From the NCBI GenBank assembly GCA_900313275.1, contig OMQO01000001.1:1-58815 (forward strand): a stretch of 58,815 bases of DNA, read 5' to 3'. Numbering within the stretch: the first letter of the stretch is position 1; every line of letters begins with the position of its first letter. Under the pieces are notes generated by a model. That model was not told the origin of the DNA and did not search any database. It worked only from the letters and a program-made list of their open reading frames with translations. This document shows, in pieces, positions 37,281-44,572 of the stretch. The stretch comes from an uncultured Bacteroidales bacterium (GTDB taxonomy: Bacteria > Bacteroidota > Bacteroidia > Bacteroidales > UBA932). Both the position numbers and the translations under genes were made by a program.

Positions 37281-40115
37281 ATGGGAGTGTCATTAATCGC
37301 TGCCTTGATGGCTTTATCTTTGGTTTCTGAGCCGGGAACCACTTGTGTATCACATGATTACAGCAATCGGGTTTCGTTACTTGAGCCACGTTCGGCCGCC
37401 TCGTTCGACACGGAGGATCTGGACGGGTTCACAGGGGGAGAGAAGGTGTCGATCCGCCTGGATGGAGGCGGGTATCTGGGTCAACGGCCGCACCAAGGGA
37501 AAGGTGTGATGTTGGTGACTCCTGATGAGGACGCTCCGGCTTTAAGAACCGTCCGCAAAGAGTTTCCCCAGCCGGAGGATTTTTCCTCGACCCCGCTTGC
37601 CGAGTTCTCAATATTCACGCAGGAGGGGCCTGCGATAGACCAGTTTGTGTCCTTGACCCTCTTCTCAGGGAAACGGGAATTCACAGCTACAGCTCAAATT
37701 ATCCCGACCTTATGGCGTACGGTCATATTCGATTTGTCGGAATGTCCTTTCTTGTCGAAGGTGGAGAGTCTCGAGATCGGACTTGTATGCCCCGGGGATG
37801 AGCCTTGGAAAAATGGCCGGGCATTCCTGCTCGATGATCTGCGTTTTGGAAAGGCCTTGGATCTGGGATTCATGTTGCCTTCATCTGTCGCTGGATTTGA
37901 GTCTGCTGAGGGATCTGCGATAAAGTGGAAGTCAGACGCTCTCAAGTTGAGGTTCAGGAGAGGGGCTGAACTACGCTCACCTGATCTGACGGGAAGCCGG
38001 AACCACATGTTCGAGCCTCCGCTTGATGACAGGAACACCTTCTTCGTGGTGATGGAGAACAAAAGCAAAGTGGACCGTGTGCGTCTTTCTTGGGAGACTA
38101 TTGATGGCAAGAGAGGGAGCAAGGAGTTCGACATCGTGCCTCGAAGTAAGATGCGGGCGTACTATTTTAACATCTCTGACGTCCCTGAGGCCTGCGGTTC
38201 GCTAAAGGGTTTTTCTCTCGAATCCCTTGAGAAGAAGGGCAGGGGAACCTGGAAGATCGCTCAGATCCGATTCGAAAGGGAGGATCCGATAATAAGGTAC
38301 GGAGGCGGGATAGCCTCCTGTGTCGCGGACACCGCGGAAGTTGAGATTCAAGGGAATGTTGACAAGTCTCTACTTGGAAGTTATTCTACGATAGAGGTTT
38401 ATGAATATCCGATGAAGATGGAAGGCTCCTCAGTGGACCAGCTGGTCCTTTTGGCCAAGGCTCCGGTCAAGGAAACCTTCGGCTTGTCTTTCCCCAACAG
38501 CAGGCTATCTGGGAGAATGACTCATTTAAGCAGCCGTTTCCTCGCCGTGTTGAGGAATGATTCTGGAGAAGGCATCCCTCTTGACAAGCCGTTCTACATC
38601 GAAAACTGGAGGGATTTCACCGCGAATCCATATTCATTCGAACTTCCGGACCGGGATTTCCCGGTTTTGAGATATGGGGCGAAGGGCGATGCCTTCACGG
38701 ATGACACGAAAGCCATCCAGAAAGCCGTTGACGCTTGTGCGGCCGCAGGTGGTGGCAGGGTGGTGTTCACCGGTACGGATGAGCCATATGGGAGACGGTA
38801 TGTGGCCACCCACATCACTATGAGAAGCGGGGTGGAACTGCATCTTGAGAAAGGGGCCGTGCTTTGGCAGTCGTACGACCTAAGGGATTACGACTATATC
38901 CCTGCCTATGGTCACGACTTTGACATTCCAGGTTGTCCTTGGACGCATTGTCTTTTCATCAATTATCCGTTGATTCAGGGCAACTTCCTTGAGAATGTGA
39001 AGATCACGGGACCTGGTGTCATCAGGATGAGCGATCCTTATTCGGTCAACCCCGATTGGGACCACTATGCCAGGACTTGCAGCGACAGGATTCACATCTG
39101 CCCTGTGGGAATTTGCGACAGCAAACATATTGAGTTCACTGACGTTGACATACTTCGTTGCAATAATTACCACACCAATTTCCCTGCCACGGACAGCATC
39201 TTTGTAGGGAACGTCAAACTTCATGAAGTCCAGTGCGTTAGCGGTGATGGCTTCAGTTTCGGCCAGGGAGCCAGGCACATTCGTGTGGAGAGGTGTTTCT
39301 TCGACTCGAATGACGACGGGATCGTGATGAGCGACAGCTACCGTGACCCTCGTGGCAAGATCAGCCCGTGGCGCAAGGATGATGACGATGCCGACCATTC
39401 CATCAGGGATATAAAAGTCGAGCATAGTTACATAAATTCTTCGACTAAGGGCGCTGGTAAGGCGATAGCGTTCATCCCTTGGGGCACTACCAATCCCGAT
39501 CTGACCAAACAGGAGATTGATGGTGTGCAGGTCTATGACTGTGTGCTTGAGGGTGGCCATTCTGTGGGGACATGGTGCGACAATCCTCACGACGGGAAGC
39601 CTTTCGACAATAACGAGAGGGACGATTATGCTCCTGTAAAGAATGTAAGGATCCTTGGGAATGAATACCGGAGCCTATGCGACATGCTTTGGGTGAAGCC
39701 TACGAACTTTATAACGGACTGTGGATTACATAGTTCCAGTGATTTTGTCAATGGGGATTTCTCTCATGGCCACTGCTATTGGACAATGGAAGGTGATGCC
39801 GGGGCGGAGAATGGCCACGGGTTCGCCAAAGGAGGAGGACGCCTCTATGAGGGTCTTCACCTTGAATATGGCGGGCGCTACACCTTTATCGCTGAAGTTA
39901 GCGGCAAAGGAACCCTTTTCGTCAGGACTACTCTTGAGAATGAGACTGTCGCTTCGAAAGAATTTGATATTCAAGGAGATGGCTGGAAGATTCTGGAACT
40001 TGGATTCAATGTTTCGCTGCCATGTCCGGATTGCGATAGTATCCCGCTGGATTATTCCTTGGGCATAGAAAGCCATGACCAGGCGATGATCCGCAATGTC
40101 CGTTTGCGTATTTAA
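37281..40115 (+). CDS. Multidomain GH28-like / pectin-lyase-fold beta-helix protein
   Basis: YGAKGDAFTDDTKAIQKAVDAC..GGGRV, GVELHLEKGAVL, GDGF and NDDGI. Long N-terminal accessory region. Confidence 0.75.
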   Translation: MGVSLIAALMALSLVSEPGTTCVSHDYSNRVSLLEPRSAASFDTEDLDGFTGGEKVSIRLDGGGYLGQRPHQGKGVMLVTPDEDAPALRTVRKEFPQPEDFSSTPLAEFSIFTQEGPAIDQFVSLTLFSGKREFTATAQIIPTLWRTVIFDLSECPFLSKVESLEIGLVCPGDEPWKNGRAFLLDDLRFGKALDLGFMLPSSVAGFESAEGSAIKWKSDALKLRFRRGAELRSPDLTGSRNHMFEPPLDDRNTFFVVMENKSKVDRVRLSWETIDGKRGSKEFDIVPRSKMRAYYFNISDVPEACGSLKGFSLESLEKKGRGTWKIAQIRFEREDPIIRYGGGIASCVADTAEVEIQGNVDKSLLGSYSTIEVYEYPMKMEGSSVDQLVLLAKAPVKETFGLSFPNSRLSGRMTHLSSRFLAVLRNDSGEGIPLDKPFYIENWRDFTANPYSFELPDRDFPVLRYGAKGDAFTDDTKAIQKAVDACAAAGGGRVVFTGTDEPYGRRYVATHITMRSGVELHLEKGAVLWQSYDLRDYDYIPAYGHDFDIPGCPWTHCLFINYPLIQGNFLENVKITGPGVIRMSDPYSVNPDWDHYARTCSDRIHICPVGICDSKHIEFTDVDILRCNNYHTNFPATDSIFVGNVKLHEVQCVSGDGFSFGQGARHIRVERCFFDSNDDGIVMSDSYRDPRGKISPWRKDDDDADHSIRDIKVEHSYINSSTKGAGKAIAFIPWGTTNPDLTKQEIDGVQVYDCVLEGGHSVGTWCDNPHDGKPFDNNERDDYAPVKNVRILGNEYRSLCDMLWVKPTNFITDCGLHSSSDFVNGDFSHGHCYWTMEGDAGAENGHGFAKGGGRLYEGLHLEYGGRYTFIAEVSGKGTLFVRTTLENETVASKEFDIQGDGWKILELGFNVSLPCPDCDSIPLDYSLGIESHDQAMIRNVRLRI

Positions 40116-42027
40116 GCGCCGCGGCGATGTTGATTGAGCTTTCCCAAGGCCGGCAAGGCGTGTTGAAAGGAACCCCGCCAACATAGTATTCAACCCAGGA
40201 TAGGGAGCTGTCCCGTAGATCCATCATCTTCCGGTAGATTTCCGCCGCCTGCGGGTGGTCATATTCAGTGAGAGCGTATAGGAACAGTCCGTAGTCATAG
40301 CCCAAGACTATGTCGCGTTCATCGAGTCTTCCAGTCTTGTCGTAACAATCCACAACTTCTTCGAGAAGAGCTCTTTTCTCATTGTCAGTGAATAGTTTAG
40401 CATCGATGTAGATCGGAAACAGGAAGGCGGACGGGATGCTGAACCGTCTCGGAGTAGGCGGTACGATTCCTGTGGTGTCCTTTTTCATGCAATCCTCGCA
40501 GAAATACAGGTTGCCCTTGAAATGGTAGGTCACCGGATAGTGGGCCGTCGGAACTCCGGGATAGAGGCATACTCCAGGCCGGGTGGCCGGATAGACCACT
40601 TTTTTCTCCCGTTCCGGATTGTTTATGAATAGTTTCCCGTCAACGAAGAAATTATCCCTGAAGGCTTTGGCACAGATGTCGGCGTCTTTGCCGGCGGAAT
40701 CAATCTCCTCTTTAGTCCAAACATCAGAAGGGTTGGCGGCAAGATATTCGACCAACTTTCTTGTGCTTTCGATGAACAGCAGTGTGGCCTCGGCGGAGCC
40801 ATGGTACATGACATCCCTGGGGAGGATTCCTCCGGCTATGTAGGTCTCGTCACCGTTGAAAGGAAGCATTCCGTCGATTATGTCGGCTTGTTGTGCCTGG
40901 ACAGCCCAGCGGAGCATCGGCATAATCCTATTGACGAAGGCTTTGTCACCGCTTTGGCGGTAATAATCCATGGCCTGTGTCACCAGATAGCCGGTTATCT
41001 CCGTGTTGTCGTCCTCGTGGCAGTGGAAAGCGCCGTCCACACCCATCGGCTGGGCGTTGTGGATGAGTCCGAACCTTTCCCATATTCGGAAATAAAAGTC
41101 CAGCAAGTCTTTAGCTCTGCCAAGATGCCCCATGGCAAGCAGGCCCCTTGAGTTGCCGTATTGGTCCCTGACATAGGCCATGTGGTAATTCTTGCCGGCA
41201 AGTATGCCACCTCCGGCGTCTTGTTGCGCCAGAACATAATCGCTTACCAGGTTGAGGGTGTTCTCCAGTTCTTTCTTATCCTCTTTGGAAAGGACTTCGT
41301 TTCCTATTGCGGGAAGCTCTCCGCGGAGACGTTTAGATTGTCTTCTGGACTGCCGAACAGCCTTTCCGGGTCTGAGACAACGGATTCCTTTCAACTCATT
41401 ATCAAGAGCTTCCGGAGAGTCGGCTATGACCACATAGACCGCGCCTTTCCCTTCTGCGGCCAGGCTGAGATCCGTTCCGCTGTCTTTCAGGTCCAGCCTC
41501 GCTTTGCCAGTGGAAAAGATGGCCGCATGGTACTCTGAAGGGGATGCGTAGGCTGAATAGAATGGCACACCCTTTTTTACTCTTACGATGAAAGCGGATA
41601 AGCTGCCTTTTATCTTCGCGGGCTCTACAGACATGTGGTCAAGGAGTGCTCTATTCTCTGGTAAAAGACTGACACTGAACACTATTGGCTCGCCTATCGG
41701 GATTATTTCCCTGACGAGGACATTCTTTTTGGGTGGAATACAGTCTCTGATTGTACCAACCTTAGATCCGTCTTTTGATAGTACAATATTCCAGACTCCA
41801 CCTGATTGTTCAGGATAGGATTCAATGCCGTAAACTCCGTCAAGTGTTATCGAGGCGATGGTAGGGGATGAATATGTCGGCCCGAAAACGCTGGGGATGT
41901 CTGCGTCTTTGCCGTATGCGCACACATGGCCGTTTCCAAGGGCATGGGTGCCACTTACGCTAAGATTGTCTCCGAGAGCGGGGATTGCGCATATGGAGGC
42001 TATCAATAGGCTGGTTAGAGTTTTCAT
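40006..42027 (-). CDS. Putative (alpha/alpha)6-barrel glycoside hydrolase of uncertain family
   Basis: Signal peptide MKTLTSLL, AYVRDQYG..RGLL, EITGY, FNGDETY, WVEYY and RPWES, resembling GH15/GH63/debranching-type barrels. Confidence 0.6.
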   Translation of the reverse strand: MKTLTSLLIASICAIPALGDNLSVSGTHALGNGHVCAYGKDADIPSVFGPTYSSPTIASITLDGVYGIESYPEQSGGVWNIVLSKDGSKVGTIRDCIPPKKNVLVREIIPIGEPIVFSVSLLPENRALLDHMSVEPAKIKGSLSAFIVRVKKGVPFYSAYASPSEYHAAIFSTGKARLDLKDSGTDLSLAAEGKGAVYVVIADSPEALDNELKGIRCLRPGKAVRQSRRQSKRLRGELPAIGNEVLSKEDKKELENTLNLVSDYVLAQQDAGGGILAGKNYHMAYVRDQYGNSRGLLAMGHLGRAKDLLDFYFRIWERFGLIHNAQPMGVDGAFHCHEDDNTEITGYLVTQAMDYYRQSGDKAFVNRIMPMLRWAVQAQQADIIDGMLPFNGDETYIAGGILPRDVMYHGSAEATLLFIESTRKLVEYLAANPSDVWTKEEIDSAGKDADICAKAFRDNFFVDGKLFINNPEREKKVVYPATRPGVCLYPGVPTAHYPVTYHFKGNLYFCEDCMKKDTTGIVPPTPRRFSIPSAFLFPIYIDAKLFTDNEKRALLEEVVDCYDKTGRLDERDIVLGYDYGLFLYALTEYDHPQAAEIYRKMMDLRDSSLSWVEYYVGGVPFNTPCRPWESSINIAAALKYANGHCGSSPGHGFLCPRNNPAGYYRNPDMAAKH

Positions 42028-42052
42028 GGGTGCTGTGCTTGGAGCCAGGTAG

Positions 42053-44572
42053 TTATTGTTGTATTGTAAGTGATAGAGGTCGCAGGTCTTCATCGGCGGA
42101 TGACGATCCGACGAGGAGGGTGAATTCGCCCGGCTCAACGCTCCATTTGTTGTCAGCTCCAAAGCATTGGAGCATTTCGGGGGTGATCTCAAATGTCACA
42201 GTCGCGGTCTCTCCGTTCTTCAGGAACACTCGTTTGAAGGCCTTGAGTTCTTTCACCGGCCTTGTCACCGACGCGAACTCGTCCCTGATGTACAACTGCA
42301 CCACCTCGGCCCCATCGTACGGCCCCTCGTTGGTAACCTCTACAGTAACAGTAGCGACGGCAGATGGCACCTCCTGTGGCTCGACCGCCTCGCTGCGCGA
42401 GGCCCCACCGCTCGCTCCGCTCCGCTTCGCTCCGGTCCCCCCTCTTAACGTGCCGAGGGTGGCAGTGGTCTCGCCATCAGGAGTGCCATCTGCCGAGCGG
42501 TCCCTGAGCAGAGTCGAAGGGCCTAGCGAGGCTTTCATGGAAAAGTTGCTGTAGGAAAGGCCGAAACCGAAGGGCCAGAGGGGACCGGTCTCGTTGGTGG
42601 CAAAGAGGCGGGAGTACTGCGAGTGCTTGTGGTTATAGACTGTCGGGACTTGGCCGACGCTTCGGGGCATCGTCACCGGCAGCTTTCCGGACGGATTGAC
42701 CTTGCCGGAGAGCACCTCAGCGACTGCCTGCCCACCCATTTGCCCAGGCTCCCATACATTCAGGATGGCATCCACATTCTCCTTGGCCCAGGCGAGGCTA
42801 TTAGCGCGGCCTGTCATAAGCACAAGGATGGTTGGTTTGCCTGTAGATGCCACGGCCTCAAGCAGTTCCTCTTGCATGCCCGGGAGATTGAGGTCATCCC
42901 GGTCGCAGTTTTCACCGCAGGTGCGGCCGAAAGCCGAGTATCTTTGTGAATTCTCTCCTGCTACAACTATGCAGACATCAGCCGCCGAGGCTTTGCGGCG
43001 AGCCTCGGATATCACTTTTTCATTGACATTGGAGATCATGCCTCCGAAGCACATGGTGTCGATTGCCACTCCTGGGAACTCGGTCTTGATTCCTTCTAAG
43101 ACAGTGATAACCAACGAGTCCGGCTGTGGCGCCGCCCAGTCGCCAAGTATCGTCTGGCTGTCAGCGTTCGGCCCGACAACAAATATCCGTCTGGCGGCAT
43201 CAGGTCTGGCAAGTCCAGACCGTAGCCACCCTCGGCTCGTAAGAGGGAGGGGCCCGCTCGCAGAGCGAGTGGGAGGGGCCGAGCGAAGCGAGGAGTCTGG
43301 ACTGCCAGAGCCTGACGCCGTCAGTGGTAGAATGCCGTTATTCTTGAGGAGGACGATGCTTTCACGGGCGGCTTCCAAAGCGGTTTGCCGATGGGCTGAG
43401 GCATTCTCGAGGGGAGCCATGGATGGCATTGGAGCCTCAAAGAGGCCTACCGCGAACTTCATCTCAAGAATCTTTCCCGCCGCCTCATCAATGCGCCTCA
43501 TAGGAATTCGCCCTGCCTTGACAGCTCCTATTACAGCCTCGAAATAATTGTCGCCCTGCATGTGCATGTCGATGCCGGATTCTACGGACAGCAGGAACGC
43601 CTCGTTCTGGTCCGGAACCAGGTGGTGCATGCTGTGCAGGCGTTCGATGTCCATCCAGTCACTGACCACAAAACCATCGAATCCGAGTTCGTCACGAAGC
43701 AGATCCTTTAATAACCAACTATTTCCGTGACAAGGGATGCCATTGACCTCGTTATGGGCGGCCATGACTGTCCCCACATGGGCATCCTGGACCGCGGCGA
43801 CAAATGGAGGAAGGTAAATTTCCCGAAGTTGCCTTTCTGAAAGGTCCATAGGTGCGGCATTAAGCCCGCCGAAAGGCTCGCCTCCGGCGATAAGATGCTT
43901 CGCGCAAGCTATGACATGGCCTTCATCAAAATCTCGGTCCCGACCTTGAAGTCCCCAAATGGAATATTTCCCCATTTCGGTGACAAGAAAAGGATCTTCC
44001 CCGAAGGTCTCTCCCATCCTGCCCCAGCGGGCGTCGCGGGCCACGTCCAGATTCGGTGCGAAGGTCCAATACAGACCCTTCTGACGCATTTCCTGAGCTG
44101 TTTCGGTGCCGATTCTCTCTATCAGATCCGGGTCAAAGGATGAGGCGAGGTTGATGCTGGTCGGATAGATGGTGCAGCCTTCTATCAGGGCGTTTCCGTG
44201 GATGGCGTCAATGCCTATTAGAAGCGGTATTCCCAGACGACTCTCCTTCGCGAGTTCCTGGAGGGCTATCGCTTCTTTGGTGGTCATGCAATGAAGGAAG
44301 GAACCGACTTCTCCTCGACGGATCTTATCGGCGAGGTCCTTGTTGCCAAGGTTCTCGTCGGTGGCGTCGATGTTCTTGTAGGGAGAGCCTTGTCCAGGTG
44401 GCACATAGCATGGCGCCACATATTGGCACATCTGTCCGACCTTTTCTTCTAAGGTCATCTCTTTCAGCAACAGATTAGCCCTTTTCTCCGCCGGCAATGT
44501 CGCGTCCCTCCAGTCTCCTTTCCCACAGGAGACGGCTAGCAGGACAAAGCCAATGAATACGATTTTTCTCAT
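42053..44572 (-). CDS. GH3 beta-glycosidase lipoprotein with two in-frame palindromic insertions
   Basis: MTLEEKVGQM, DAIHG, RWGRMGETFGED, KHL, VVSDW, PSGKLP and PFGFGLSY; Fn3-like C-terminus. Confidence 0.93.
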   Translation of the reverse strand: MRKIVFIGFVLLAVSCGKGDWRDATLPAEKRANLLLKEMTLEEKVGQMCQYVAPCYVPPGQGSPYKNIDATDENLGNKDLADKIRRGEVGSFLHCMTTKEAIALQELAKESRLGIPLLIGIDAIHGNALIEGCTIYPTSINLASSFDPDLIERIGTETAQEMRQKGLYWTFAPNLDVARDARWGRMGETFGEDPFLVTEMGKYSIWGLQGRDRDFDEGHVIACAKHLIAGGEPFGGLNAAPMDLSERQLREIYLPPFVAAVQDAHVGTVMAAHNEVNGIPCHGNSWLLKDLLRDELGFDGFVVSDWMDIERLHSMHHLVPDQNEAFLLSVESGIDMHMQGDNYFEAVIGAVKAGRIPMRRIDEAAGKILEMKFAVGLFEAPMPSMAPLENASAHRQTALEAARESIVLLKNNGILPLTASGSGSPDSSLRSAPPTRSASGPLPLTSRGWLRSGLARPDAARRIFVVGPNADSQTILGDWAAPQPDSLVITVLEGIKTEFPGVAIDTMCFGGMISNVNEKVISEARRKASAADVCIVVAGENSQRYSAFGRTCGENCDRDDLNLPGMQEELLEAVASTGKPTILVLMTGRANSLAWAKENVDAILNVWEPGQMGGQAVAEVLSGKVNPSGKLPVTMPRSVGQVPTVYNHKHSQYSRLFATNETGPLWPFGFGLSYSNFSMKASLGPSTLLRDRSADGTPDGETTATLGTLRGGTGAKRSGASGGASRSEAVEPQEVPSAVATVTVEVTNEGPYDGAEVVQLYIRDEFASVTRPVKELKAFKRVFLKNGETATVTFEITPEMLQCFGADNKWSVEPGEFTLLVGSSSADEDLRPLSLTIQQ
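42358..42495 (-). mobile_element. 138-bp structured mini-element with staggered double-bulge terminal stem, in frame in GH3
   Basis: Ends CGGCAGATGGCACCTCCTGTGGCTCGACC and GGTCTCGCCATCAGGAGTGCCATCTGCCG pair. The minus strand carries GCCACCCTCGGCACGTTAAGAGGG and GGGGCCtcGCGcAGCGAGG. Confidence 0.7.
42499..42523. repeat. TGAGC-Nn-GTCGAA hairpin repeat inside GH3
   Basis: GGTCCC-TGAGC-AGA-GTCGAA-GGGCC, translated as GPSTLLRD. Confidence 0.7.
43191..43324 (+). mobile_element. 134-bp structured mini-element, same family as 42358-42495 but in the opposite orientation, in frame in GH3
   Basis: Ends CTGGCGGCATCAGGTCTGGCAAGTCCAGAC and GTCTGGACTGCCAGAGCCTGACGCCGTCAG pair. Internal GCCACCCTCGGCTCGTAAGAGGG and GGGGCCgaGCGaAGCGAGG. 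Confidence 0.72.

Noticed and set aside
42358-43324. Classical DDE-type MITEs or inteins as the GH3 inserts
   Set aside because: No target-site duplication, no shared terminal sequence between copies, and no C/S...HN intein termini.
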